A stretch of DNA of 64,000 nucleotides from Anthoceros angustus (taxonomy: Eukaryota > Plantae > Anthocerotophyta): positions 1,320,297-1,384,296 of the forward strand of contig MU008171.1 in NCBI GenBank assembly GCA_010909165.1. Reading direction: 5' to 3'. Both the position numbers and the translations under genes were made by a program. Shown piece by piece: positions 23,801 through 36,999 of the stretch (position 1 is the stretch's first letter; each line of letters starts with the position of its first letter). The notes under the pieces were generated by a model that saw only the letters and a program-made list of their open reading frames with translations, made no database searches and was not told where the DNA came from.

Positions 23801-26800
23801 CCAAACTTCCGAGTGTCCTCCGTCATGATGTTGACCCTGCACCCGAATCCGAGGTACTTTCTTGATAACGCATCCCGAGATTTCTATCTGCAGCTCCATG
23901 GACCTTGGTCACCATGGCCACCATGTTCACGGCAAGGGGCCTCGGCCTTGTTTTGGGAAGGGTCCGCCTCTTCTTGGGTTGTGCCTTCAATGCCACCGGA
24001 TCTGGCGGTACCTCGGATTGTCCCCGAAGCGTCCAAATGTTATCATGAATTTTTGGTCCATGATGGCCTCCGCGATTGAAAGGGCCATTTGTGTTCTCCT
24101 TCTCGGCCAACCCCACTCGTTCAACAACCACGAGCTTGTGTGTCAAAGGACGGCCGTGGGGTTGGGTGGGCAGAGGTGGTGTGTGGTGTGGTCTGCTTCC
24201 TCTCGGATCATCTCCATGACTTCCTTCGACATCCGGCGGAAACGCCTAACTCATCCTTTTTCTCTCCCGCTGGTTTTCGCGATGTGTCGACTCGAGTTCC
24301 ACTCCTCCCTCCCTTTCTTCGCATCATCCTCGAACTGCGGTTCGGCTAAGGAGTTACATCGTGGTGCCCCCAAAATCGCAGTGGGTGGCGTTATGCCTTG
24401 CCCCCGTCCACCGGATTCGCATGCCTCCTTTTTCCGCCCTCCCCTCCCCGTTGGCATTTTGTGGCCGGACCCTTTCCTTCCTCGCCGATGAAGACGACTT
24501 CCTCCTCACCTCCGATGTTGGAGGCTCCAATCTTCCTTCTTTCTTTTCTTCCCTGCTCCCTTCAGGGTGTCCCTTCTCGCTCCTCCGTGTTCCATGGCGG
24601 AGTTTCATACCCACTATCCATATCCCCAAACCTCTTCTCAAGATTGGCCTCGGAATCCTCCCATACGCCATGAGCGCATCTTCGACTTGCATCATGTAAC
24701 GGATTTTGCAGAGGTGGTGGGTTGCAGAACGGGTTGAGCAATCCTCATATTTCTTTTCGGTCGACAGAGATTTGCCACATCGATTGCTTGCAATCCACAT
24801 GCCTCTCAAAATCACCATTCCTGGCGAGATGCTAAGGGCAGCTGGCAAGATGCCGAATCCTCGGCAATTGTAACGAATGGCACTCATTTGCCCGGGTTCC
24901 TTGCCATCGATTGCGAATGCCCATGTGGAGTTTCGCAAACTTGAGGGTACAAAGTCTTGGTACAAATCGGTGTCGCCTCTTGAATTTGGTATGTATCTTC
25001 CAAGCACATCTCCTCCTCCTCTTCCTCGTAGCCATGCACCTTCGTTTGATTCGACCTCGAGTGCCCTCCGCAAGTTGAGCAGAGAGTCGCGCTCCCAGCC
25101 CTTCTCCTCGTGGTCTTTTATGGCATTGAGATGAAGTTTCTCGTTTGGCCATCATTTCCTCCATCTTGTTCCCTGTTGCTCCACCTTTTTGGCTGCTTTT
25201 CCACCTCTCTTCTCACCGCTCCGTCCTTCTTTGCATACCAGCTCCTTTCTCCGCGGCCTTAGTTCCCACTCATTTTTCGCTTCCTCTTCTCCCTCTTACG
25301 CGCTCATCTCCCGACGAATCTTCCTCCGAGCTATCACGGTCTCTTCTTCCGTGGAACTATCCGAGGAGTCTGTGAGAGCTATCTTCCTCCGTGGAACTGC
25401 CATCATCGGAGGATGAGTAGTACTTCTTCTTCTTCTGGATTTCTTCTTGTCTCCATCCCTTCTTGATTTCTTTTCCTCCGCATTGGACTCCTCGTAGTTC
25501 AGTATCCTTGATCGCCGATCCAAGTCTTTCTCACCTTGAGACGACGTGCTTTCCCACCCCGGACCTCTCGCGAACCAACGCCATTAACTGAGTGAGGTCC
25601 AAGACGATCACGCCGTGGAACCTTTCCACATAAGCTTGCGGTCTCCTTCTTCCCTCTCGCCCCTCGAGTTTGGACAAGACATATCCTTCCACATCAACTC
25701 CTCTAACCTTTCACAAAAGCCTCTTCAAGGCCCCAAAGGTAGTTGGGGTGTGGAAGAAGCAGATACTCGCTTGTACCACTTGGCCGCCTGCGCAAGACTC
25801 CATAGAACAATTGGGCACGTTGCATCCTACCTCGGTGGCGTCGCCACTCAAACGCCGACAAACTCGTCGGGATCCTCGTGGCCCTTCTTCTCTCCATACA
25901 ACGGGTAAGATTGCTTAGTGGTAACAACTACCGGAGTAGTAGTCATAGCTACCGTGGTAGTACTTTCAACGATCATGTAGCGGATCAACTACCCTGCCCG
26001 ATCGGCTTCTACATTCAAAAGTTTGACCGGATGCCGAGGCAACTGAACGGAGATTGAAAGGCGGGGTCGGGTTGGGGTACCTGGGCCCTTGTACCGTTTC
26101 CGTAGCCGAGAGTTGGGAATCTGAGTCGGATCGGGTCCGATCTCGATTCCTGACCGCCCTCTTCCTCGTCCGTCCTCCCCCGCGCCTCGTGACTCTCTCG
26201 CAACCTTTCCGCTGCTTGGCTGCTTGCCGCGTTTCCCACTAATCGCTCTTCACCCGAGGCATCCATCTATCAATCTAGTAATGCTAGACTCTACTTAGGC
26301 TATGGTTAGTTCTACCACGTCCTTGATGATTTCATTCCAAGCGCCAAAATGTGGAGTGTGAATTTGTGTCAGGGTGAGGTCCACATTCACCCTCAATGTC
26401 GTAGGCTTAGGATTCGCTCCCAAGGGAATGGTTTGTGCCAAGAGACGCTAACTTCTATCACTCGACCTTCACCTAAGTCGACTTACTATTACTCCTCTTA
26501 CCTATCTACTCAACTACTACCTCCGACTTGTCTAACTACCACATCTTATTCCACAACCACAATCTTATTCCACGACCACAAATCTTATTCCACGAATCTT
26601 ATTCCACGCGGTGGCTCTCACCACTCACCGGTAGTAGTTGCTTGACTACCGAGGTGGGTCCCACGCCAAACCCTAGCGACTTATTTCCGACGGCGCCATG
26701 GATCCGCCACGCAGGCTACCACGTGCATGACGACTTTATTCGCACTCCACACTTCATGCACACACACCGATTCCTAGGGACCAAAGTTCCACAAATCCTC

Positions 26801-28251
26801 ACCGCCACACACACACAAGGCGCCACACTCACAATTTTACAAGGAACTGTTTCCTCTTGCACACTTCCACGACCGGTTTGGATTCTTTTGGATCCACACA
26901 AATCTCCACTAGTCTCTCAATTAGTTCCCTTCTCAACTCCTCTTACACCTGTGATCTGATGTATTCATCACTCCTTCACCCAATCTTCTCTCTCTCTCTC
27001 TCTCCCTCAATTCCCCAGGCTTCCAACCATCCACTCAACACTTCTCTCTCAATTTGAACACAACTCGGGAACAAGGGTGAAGGAAAGAAGAACCCCGGCC
27101 ACGGCACGAGCAAGCTCCGCCCGCGCCAATCCCTTGGTTTCCTCCTCCTTTGCAAGATTGCTCTATCACCCCTCCTCCCCGGGCGGAGCAAGCTCTGACC
27201 ACCCCTAGGAGCGCCTCACACACCTCCGCTAACCTGGACGTCTCCAACCAGCGTGCAGCGTGGGGATCTCAACCAGAGTTATCGATGTGAGGGGCACAAC
27301 CAAGCCCCTTTATACAATTGTCTCATAGCCACCGACTTTCCAGTCCTAAAAGCCGAACGCCAAGAGGCGCCTACAATTTGGACGGCCTTAGGTCCAAGAT
27401 GGCATCCTATCCAAAGTTCTATTCCTAGGATGCCACTACTCCCCGCCCATGTTATCTCCGCACCCCTCCGATTTGGTCCCGGCCCTTCGTCCTTTGCTGA
27501 ATTTATGGGTCCTCCTTCCTCGTTCGATCCGGAAAATCCTCCCATAAACTCTCCAGTTTTTCCATGATCCCAAGTCCCAGCCTCCCTCACCAATCCTCCA
27601 CCTCGGACCCTCCAATGGTCCATATTTGGCCATTGGCGCCAAATTTCGCTGCAACCTTGGGCGCCATGCTCGCAAAACCCTCACGCCTCACAATTGCTGA
27701 TAACTCGCCTAATCTCCAACTTGGTCAATCCCCTGTGGTTTCTTCCTTCCAGAATCATGAGCTCACGCCGCCACTGCTGCCTTACCTGCGAGTGCCTCGT
27801 CGAATCGTCTGAGCTACCGCCGCTCGTGCCTTCCGAGTTCCCTTAGGGTTATATTTCAAAACTACCGCAACCGCTACCACTTCTTCTTCCGACCGCTCCT
27901 TCCTTCCACGACCCACGCCGCCAACCGTCTTGAAACATAGTCCCGACACCCCACCACACACCACTCAACTCCTTGGTTCGACCTCTAGCCTACTAAATAT
28001 GGGGACCGCCCATATATAGGCCTTTTATTAAATATTCCAAGACCAAAGGCCAAGGAGTATCGAGTTCATAGTCCAAGGACCGATTATTATTTAACCCAAA
28101 ACAACCCCAAAACTCATAGGCCAAGGACACTTTCTACTATAAATATCCCTTCCTACTCATAACCTAGCTCTTCTTGACACCAAACTTAACAAAAACAAAA
28201 ATCACTCAAAGACACAATCCAATGTGGAGTTTCCAATACCGATCGCTTACA
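20869..28251 (-). mobile_element. Family L non-autonomous Athila-like LTR retrotransposon, copy 2
   Basis: LTRs 20869-22796 and 26350-28251, TSD AAGTG at 20864-20868 and 28252-28256. Same internal layout, with integrase-tail ORF 22829..23332 and DSGAG in ORF 23823..24146. Confidence 0.95.
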
Positions 28252-28256
28252 AAGTG

Positions 28257-30444
28257 CCACCTACACAAATCCCATGGCTCGCTCATATTGTGGGCTACTT
28301 CATTTCCTTCGTGTCCAGCACCATGCCTTCCTCCTTTCCTAAATGCATAGATCACCTTGCCTTGACGAGTGGCCATGCCCTTCTTGGTTTTCCCACCACG
28401 CTCACCGGGTAGTGGGGTAACTTGTCTCCCTTGCGAATGGTGACCGGCTGCCCCGACCTGTGATGTCATCTACACAAGGCTGCTTCCGTATCATTAACCG
28501 CCGGTGATGCCTTAGGTTGTCACACCGCCCACATTAGTCCGTGGTTACGCACCCGATGTGCATATGAGCCGGCCGCACAAAGATCCACACTAAGCTCTTC
28601 CCCAGCCAACTTCTCGAAGTTGCCCATATTGTTTCCGAACACCCTCACGTCACGAAAGCACCACACACGCCAAGCACACATACCAAATAGGGTTGTCGCT
28701 TGCACTTCAAGATCCGAATGACTTCCACCGCTAGTTCCATGCCATTCGAGCCACGGCCACCAAAAGTTTTGCATTCCATCCCGCAATCAACATATCCACT
28801 GCACCCAATGGCTTCAATTTGACGCTTCCTACCAATAAGATATCGCAGTAGCACCGCTGCATCCTTGATTGCCTCTCGCCATCAACGCGGGGTACTCCTT
28901 TGCACCGAATGATTCTCGGTCCCGCCACCGTGACGCGCCTTTCATCCAAATTTCACATGTGTATTTTTTTATCCAAATGCCACCTCAAAGATCGCCTAAC
29001 CTTGTCGATCCCGAGCAAAGCTCCATCGATGAATGCCCCGCCCGCTTCCATCGAATCACTTTATTGTTGATCCGGCAGCTTTTAGCCGGATTCAAAACCG
29101 CATCTTCTGTAGGCTGCCTCGGGCACACACGTTAAGGGACACTCCCGAGCCCCTCCTGGATGTGTTCTCGTGGCCGCACCAATCACGGGTGTTCCCGACA
29201 TGTGCAAGCACCTCTCGTGGTCATCCAAGTCTCTTCCTCATCGCTCTTCTGCTTCCCACACACCCCGTGAACGCCTCAACAAGCATGCGGTGACCGCACG
29301 GCTGTTTTTCCCGCCTCCTCATGCTTTTTAATTATGGCTATGTGCGAAGTCCCCTGCCTCGCCATCATGTCTCAGAATGCCACCGAATGTAGTGGGTCTA
29401 CTCCCATTGTCGGTCCGTGTGGCGCCCAAGCAAAGACATCATAATGTCTTGCGTTAGATACCAAGCAATGAACCTCAATGACCAAGCATCCTCGTGTCCG
29501 GCTTGAGCTCTATGCGAATCGGATCCCGTGGTGATCCCCATCACTTGCTCTTGGTACCTGTGGACGTGGTGATGCGACCTCACATGGCCTCTTCCATATC
29601 CTCACCGTATACTAAACTCCTTTTGTGTCAATGACCAAGTTTTAACTGCTGGCCGTTGTCTTCCTTGAATTCTCGGCCTTACGCTTATTGTGAGAGCTCG
29701 AGCTTTCACCGCTCAGCAACGCTTGGTCTCCCACTTCTCAAAGATTTCATCCACGCATTTCCACACCTCATCATCCACCTTTGCAACATAATAATAAAGG
29801 TCCGCTGTCCACGAGGCGGTGATAATCGACCTTAGGTCCATGCTTACCGCATCCCACTTGGGAACCCCGCCAGCCAAGCATATATCTCCAACTTCCAGCC
29901 TAAGTCACACTTCACCCCATCAACTAGCCTCGGCCTTCATCTCGCTTTGATGTACCTCACACGGTTGATGAAAGTAAAAATCTTCCTAGCATCCGCAATG
30001 GTGTTGTGATCAGTGGCAACCTCATCTCCTCATGTGTGAGGCCAGCAATAACATATGCATCCATCCACCTATACTCTTGAACCAATGGATACATGTCGGC
30101 TAGTCTAGATCTGGCCTGGAAGGAATGATTCCCTCCCAATACATAAAATTTGTAAACCCCCCATTCCACCTTATCCATGTCAAAGAAGTTCTTGTTGGGA
30201 CATCATGGGTCTATACGACAATCATTGGCAAAGACACCAACCACCACCCACGTGGAATGCTTCATCTTTTACATCAAAGCCTCCACTCAAGCCAGTCTAG
30301 CTTACGCTTGAACCGACAAAGTTCTTCCGGCGATCTACAACTGATGGATGCAGCTTTAACGTGGACTCCTGCACTCTTTCCCGCAATTGCCTCTTGATGA
30401 GAATCATATACAAGCTCAAGCAATATGTGTTGCATTACATTCAT
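28257..30444 (-). pseudogene. Family A pol, N-terminal part, copy 2: unknown domain-protease-DNA methyltransferase
   Basis: Near-identical to 7950-10152. Motif IV at ~28771-28799. Candidate ATG at 30444. Confidence 0.8.
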
Positions 30445-31928
30445 AATAGAAAGTACATGCCTTTATGTAGGCAAGGTTGTTGTAACCAATAAGTGGTTGT
30501 AACAACTAACCAATTAAATAACTACTAAAAGAAACTACCTAGAGCCCTAAGGACTAAATTAATTATTAAGTGCTAGGTGCCCTAGTGAAGAGTGCCTAAT
30601 AGTAAGCTATTTTATCACTCCCACTCACTATGAACTAGGGTGATTTTCCGACTAAAAAAGAGGTCAAGGAAAACTAGTCTAGCAAAAACTAGTCCCTAAC
30701 TAAACTTTACTTAAAAGCATAAAGTAAAACTTAAACTAAAAACTGAAAGTAATAATCACTATTAAAATAAATCCCACTTAAGGAGAACTGTGGTGAGAAA
30801 CTAATAACCCAACTTAAGTAATTAGGTTGAATTAAAACTAATTAAATTGTATTTAAAGGAATTTATATAGGGAAATTCCAGAAAATAGCCTAATTTCCGA
30901 AAAGGAAAATCAAAAGGATAATAGGTAATACCCTCCTTCCTCCACTTCGCGACTCGATAAAAAGTTTTGGTGGTGGTACATGCAGTCCGATGGCGATGGC
31001 AGAGGGATGGCCACCGCAGCAGGCGCCCAATCCCCGCCCACGGGAGGAGGCGCCACGCAGCACCATCGCGCCTCGCCCAGAGCCCCGCCTCTCTCCGCCA
31101 CGCGCCGCGCCGTAGGTCAGGCACGCCTTCCGCCTAACTGTCCAATCCGGCCCCGGCGCGCGACGCCCACGCTTTGCTGGGCGCCACAAGAAGGACAGAG
31201 GGCGCCCCCACCACGATGCCCATAGTCGATATGAAGAGCCTCTCCACACCTCACTGCATTTCGCACTTTCGTAAAGAAACCTCGCATCTATCATTGATCC
31301 GACTCATCCTCGGAGGATGAAGTCAAAATGTATGCCTAAGGATGCTATTTATATATTTACTATATTTATTTTCTCAAAGACATATGAGGAGGGCGCCCAA
31401 GGCCCATGGGGGGTGTGTTAGGGCCGGCCGGGCGCCTATGGCCAAGGCATGGCGTAGGTAGGGGGCGCTGCACCCAAGGGAGGGCAGGCGTCAGGGGCGC
31501 CGCCGGCCGCCCATGGGCAAGGTGTGTTAGGGGAGGGCGCACGAACGGCGACACAAGGTGGTGGGGAGGACGCCGGCCGGGCCGCGCCATGGGCGGTGTG
31601 GGAGGGCGCCGGCCGTCATGAGCAGAGCATCTGGGGGAGGCACCCGGGCCGGGCCTCCCCTAGCTCCACCTCCCGCACTGACGGGTGGTGCAGGAGGCGC
31701 GGCCGGGCCGCGCCCGCCTCACAGATCGCCTGTAGGGCCCACGGGTGGCAGAGGAGGGCGCCGGCGCCTCCGCCACGCCAACCACCAGTGGGCAACGGTG
31801 GGCGCTTAGCGAGGGCGCCCGACCGCCGGCGCCTCCTCCACGCGCCACCCGCTTGGGTCTACGATGGGTGGTGCGTGAGGGAGGCGGCGGCCGCTCACGC
31901 CTCCGCTCGCGCCTCCACCACGGGCATT

Positions 31929-32440
31929 GACGTGAAACTGATGCTAGGAACTAACTCTAGAAGCTAGGGCTTAGCAAGTAGGTTTTGTTAGCTTAGTTTA
32001 ACTGGTACCGAGCATTACTAAATGCCCTTAAACAGAAAGTCGGAAATAACCCGCAAAATGGCCAAGCTTGGGCCAGTCTCCTCTCACACGGTGGGAGAAA
32101 GCGTATATGATCACTCCAATCCAAGAGGATGCACCAAGAGTGGTGGTGCATCGTATCACGACGCAAGGTGGTTGCAAGGCGGTTATGGAGCACAAGACCA
32201 AGGCGGCGGAAGGCGCTTGTCAAGTCCCTAGGAGGAACGCTAGCTAAACACACGCAATTTTGTTGTTGTCGAATTTCTAGGTCAGAATGCAAAGACCTGT
32301 GTATGCGCTGCTCAAAGATTGTGGCAATGTGTAATGTGTGTTCATGGGACTTATCAGCTCTAGGCAGCCCGTGTAGGGCAGCCCTTTAATTTTCTCGAAT
32401 CGAAGTGAGCATCAAGACATGTGAGCGCCCGGTGCATGTC
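31929..32440 (+). repeat. Split direct repeat a1 of family B
   Basis: GACGTGAAA..GATGCTAGGAACTAACTC through AGCATCAAGACATGTGAGCG..GCATGTC. Repeated at 40020, 48342, 56403 and 11712. Confidence 0.88.
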
Positions 32441-33799
32441 TACTTTACAACCGCTCGAGAAGCATTCAACTTGATTCTGCCTTGGCCTGGAGCAGGAGGA
32501 GTCTGCACCCACGGGTCAGCTTGACCCCCTATGGGCTTGACGTGGTGTGCATTTTGCTAGGGTTTCGTGCATGGTCGATTGTCAGGACTTGTTGGGTTTT
32601 ACGGCTCAAGGGTGCTGGGTGCGGATTTTCCAGGCCAGCTGTGTGCCCGCTGCCGCACAACTCAAGGCCCTCTCATAATTTTTGAGTCCTCCCATGTCTC
32701 AACCGCAGCAAGTTTCCACGGCCGTCCAGAGCTCATAGCGATCGCCACACGAGGTTGCTTTCAATTTGCATACCATCTTGTTTGCCTCGTTGAGACGAAT
32801 CCGTTGGTATCATTTTTGTCTACTTTCGAGTGAGAAACAGGTGGACTGAATGCCTGGGAGAAGTTGATCACTAAGGGTTTTAGTTGGGGAATTTGGCTAT
32901 GTGCACCAACACTTCTCTTGTCGGGTAGGTGCTGGGTCTTGTACAGCACGAGCACGAGGAGTGAGTCGCTGAACAGGCTGAGGATTCTCGCGGTGAGTGA
33001 GGCATCGAAAAAGCTTGAGGTAGGGGAGGATCCGAGTTGCGATTGGCGTGTTCGGTTTGTGTTTCACACCGATTCGCAGCTAAGGTTTTCCTCCGCACCG
33101 ACAATTGATGCTGGCTTCCTTGACTCATCGGCCGATTACATGGGGCATGCCACCGTGAAGAGGGAGATAGCCCACTGCATCGCTTGAACGAGGGACGTGC
33201 CACCTGTGGTTTTCGTGAGAAGGAGAAGGGCACCACACAAGATTTGTCCTTAGAGGACCTACCAGCAGGAGCCCGGACAAGGATCCTTTGGCACCAGGGG
33301 TTAGCTGGTCCCCACTTACCTTGTGCAGTGACTATAAGGAGGAGCAGGTGCAGTGGGAGTGCACCGCTGGAGGGTCGGGATTAGGCCTTTCCTCGTGGCT
33401 CGCCCGCATTTATCATGTAAGACCTGTGGCAAGAGGACCTGCCCTGTGATTCCGACACGATGGAAGGAGGGCCAAATGGCTGAGAAATTCGGGCCAGAAC
33501 ACAATCGTTGAGGGATTTTAGGAGTCAATGAGGCAATTAGGGTCAAGTTCAAACATGGGGCGATAACCACCTCTACATGTTCGAATCTATCAAGATACAT
33601 GGTGATGAGGCCTCGGATTTGTATGAAGCCCACCAAGCGAGCCGACCTCAACTACTACCGCCTCCAATCCATTATTCCAAGGGCACTGCAGATGGATAAT
33701 GCCAAGTCGGGTCAAGTGATGCACCACAGCCATATCTGGCAGTGCCGCCACTTGCCCGCCACCCACCGTGATGCCTCCTCTCACGGCCACAGAGGACAC

Positions 33800-35480
33800 A
33801 CCACGCAGGGATTGATGAATTCATACACACCCCCAAATATGCCAACCTGTGGAAGAGTTCATGAAGATCCTCGAGAAGGCTTTTCCACTCAAGACTGAGA
33901 AGATTGGAGTCAAGCTTTGCACGGGAAAGGGAGACACCCAGATGTGTTTCCGTAGGTCGCAAAAGCGAGATGGGACCTGCATGCTCTGCACAAGAAGCGT
34001 GGAGAAATTCCTCACCTTGAGGGTGATCACCGTTTACCATGTTGTCCTCACTTGTGGATAAGTATGGCGATGCCTATACTTTGCAGCACATGAGGAAGCG
34101 GAGAAGAAAGAGATTGCTTACTGCCTTCTCCTCCAAGCATTCCAAGGCCTTCCACCATTATCAAGGCATGTTTTCAAGCAAGGTCACGCCTGGGAACTTC
34201 TTCAAGGACTACACCAGCTAAGCGCCAAGGCGGAGCAATGAGGATCATAGCCACATGGCCACCATGTGCAACCATTGTGGCGCCGAGCACATCTCACCGA
34301 ATTGCAAGTGCCACCTAAGGCCTCTTTGCACTCATTGTCAAAAGAATGGTCATGTGAGCACCGTGCTTTCAACTTCACCCCGAGAGGAGATACCGTGGCA
34401 GATCACCTGGAGATGCTACTAGCATCAAGACAAGCAGGAGCAACTCCGCACTGGGACTCTAAGAGCAAGCAATGAGGAGAAAGCGAAAGCCAAGGTTGCA
34501 AACGCGACAAGATGACGCCGGAGGCCACGGTGGCGCCTTGGAAGACAGTGGCACGCTTACAACCAGCCTCGAAAGCTGGTGGAGCTAAGCTCGCAGGGTC
34601 GCAGAGGTTCTGATGAAACAATGGAGAAGATTATGGACACCCACATGAGGTGTTGATGCGCTTGCCTCGTGACAAGCTAAGGGAAGATGTGCCACTACAT
34701 GGGTTGGGCATGCCATTAATCTTGGCCCTGACATCGTGTTAGCAAATGGGCCCATCACTGCGAGGAGCAAGGCAGCAATGCCTCAATCCTTTATGCCCTT
34801 ACACTGAACCGCCATCCCATTACGGGGGCGGATACATCTTCACTCCGGTGACAAGACAGAGCCAATGCAGACAGATGAGGCAGCTCGCTTTAGGGCAATT
34901 GTACATGATGCCCCTTTGGTCACACATGAGCGGCAAAGACGGTTGTTGCACCATTAATGTCCTTGCGGACATGGGCATGACCAGGAACGTCTCCAAAGAA
35001 TCCGCAGACACAGTCACGTTGCTCATGTGCCGGAGATTTGGTAGTCGTCCGGGGACTTGTTCCTTTCCGGATCACCGTAGTAAATTCAGTGGAGCCCGTG
35101 GATGCTTCCATTGCAAATGACCATGATCAATTTCTGTGGTCAGCCGAGCATCCACGCATCCAGCCTACCAACAGTGCGAATGCGAGTGAGTAACGCATGG
35201 TAGACAACCGAGAGGACGGGTCACCAACTACCGTGCACCTGTGGTGGTGCTGGATACCGCGCCACCACCATTATGGCAGGCCGGCAAAGACGGCTTGGTT
35301 TGCAGTGGAGAAGCACCGCAAATCCCCATGGAACATCCGCGCCTGGGCCGTGGAGCCTGTGTGGCGAGACTTGAGCTGTGCACATCACATTGAATCCAGC
35401 TCATCGGATGCCATGACCATGTCTCGCCGTGCTTGGTGACCACGGCCACAAACTACGACGCTAGATGAGGAGTTTCTTTT
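33800..35480 (+). pseudogene. Family B gag (two zinc knuckles) and aspartic protease
   Basis: EEFMKILEKAFPLK gag-like helix, CNHCGAEHISPNC (34267-34305), CTHCQKNGH..(R)CFQLHPE (34327-34384), protease VVVLDT(G)A (~35240-35262) and CLVTTATNYD (~35430-35460). Confidence 0.82.
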
Positions 35481-35871
35481 CCCACCGGCGAGGGAGTGGA
35501 TAATTGACGAGCAGCCTTCTATCGGCCCGACCGGCGCAGGAGGACGGCTAGCACATATTCCCTTGACTTGCAGGTGGCCACGAGATCATCACGTTAGTGG
35601 TGTGCCATGCTAGCAAGGAGCCCGTGCAATGCCGTGAAGCTAGTCCAAGATGCTAACCAGCAAGATGCACAATCTTGAAGCGATGACGCCATTCCCCCAT
35701 GGATCTCACAGCTTGCAACATGCCCTTGCACAACCCGATCATCCAGGTGCTCACGCAAAAGATGTAAGAGACAGAGTGCAGTGATGCACTTGTTGATTCA
35801 GTGTTAACAGCCCCACTCAAGATCGAGTGCCGGATCACAATGTGATTACATGGGCGCCATCGTTCAGACCG

Positions 35872-36715
35872 GTGGTAGAACTCTTTGGCGGGATCAGATC
35901 TGGAGGCTCTCTTGATGATGGATCGCATACCGATACGTGTATTGTGACAATGATGTCACAAAGACGCCGTATCGCAGAAGTTCAGCAAGGGCTGCATGAG
36001 CGTTTTCCACAAAGAATCGCCCTTGGAGGCCTATCAGGTGCTTTCACCGCCTACCGCAGGATGTCCGTTACATTCAAGAAGGCCACATTCGTGCCTTGGG
36101 AAATGTGGATATGGTGATTCCGGGAATGCTGTGGGTTCTCCCCGGGCATGGAGCCGGGTCTACAAGATGCACGCCTGTGGTCGCTCGTGGATCTACATCA
36201 GTCCTCACATGGGCTCAATACAACCCATGTGTGCTTACCTCCTTGAGAATACACCGGCACTTGAGAGCACATGTGCAACAGACATGGCCGTGGTTCAAGA
36301 TTATGCCGGGCCTCCCATCCGTTAGATGCGGCCTGTGGGCGCTTTGCTCACTCACCGAGGAATTATCGACCAACTTGGTCCCCGCCTCCAGACTGGCTTT
36401 GCGTGGCACACAGTGGACCCGTCCTTGCTTCAATGGTGCCGGAGGATCATCACCAGCCAGGCTTGTTACCGCTGAGCGGGCGCCTTGGTTCAAAACCAAC
36501 ACACCGGCCACCTCGCAGACCGCCACCGTTAGCTTTCGTTCATTCGCTTACAGTGGCGAGGGGGGCCCGCTGAACACCAACGCAGCAGTGGGAGGAACCC
36601 ACCGGCCGGAGCGAACGCATTATGGGCTTTCACCCCATTCTGCCAGCCCTACTGGTTACACCACCAATAAGCGGCTCTAGGCAGCCATGGATGTTCACGC
36701 ACTCACGTGGTTAGT
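35872..36715 (+). pseudogene. C5-cytosine DNA methyltransferase domain of family B copy 1
   Basis: Motif I VVELFGGI (35872), IV VDMVI(AG)-EC-GFS (36105), VI YLLEN (~36236), VIII DAAC..FAH..RNY.TNL (~36325-36378), IX-like ERIMGF (~36612), X-like AMDVHALTWLV (~36685), in canonical order. Confidence 0.86.
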
Positions 36716-36999
36716 GAGTCTGCTTGGCCCACGCTCGCTTAGCCATGGTACCAGCCCATCACAAGATGTGTCCAAATGACGCAGCTTCATCTCCCTTTTC
36801 TCGGATATGCATACATGCCTGGCCGGATGGATGGGGGGTGGAGGGTGTCCGTGGCCCTGTGTTTTTTCCGCCTCCAGCCAGAGAGGCTTAGATGATCCAG
36901 TCCCGCAAAGCCTAAGCTAAATGCCGAGACTTTCCTGGCGCATGGGGATGGATCGACGATGGGCGTAAGACACGCATCCACACTCTCCCGCTCAAGTAT

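Larger units (their letters stand above)
16114..31927 (-). mobile_element. Family A Ty3/Gypsy-Dnmt retroelement, copy 2 (contains L copy 2)
   Basis: PHD, integrase, RNase H, RT, methyltransferase and protease motifs in Gypsy order on the minus strand. Left limit is where homology to the other GC-rich repeats begins (CTACATATTTATTTTCTCAAAGAC). Termini are approximate. Confidence 0.85.

Noticed and set aside
35872-36715. Bacterial restriction-modification methyltransferase
   Set aside because: The domain is embedded between retroelement protease and RT in every copy, with no cognate endonuclease or bacterial gene context.
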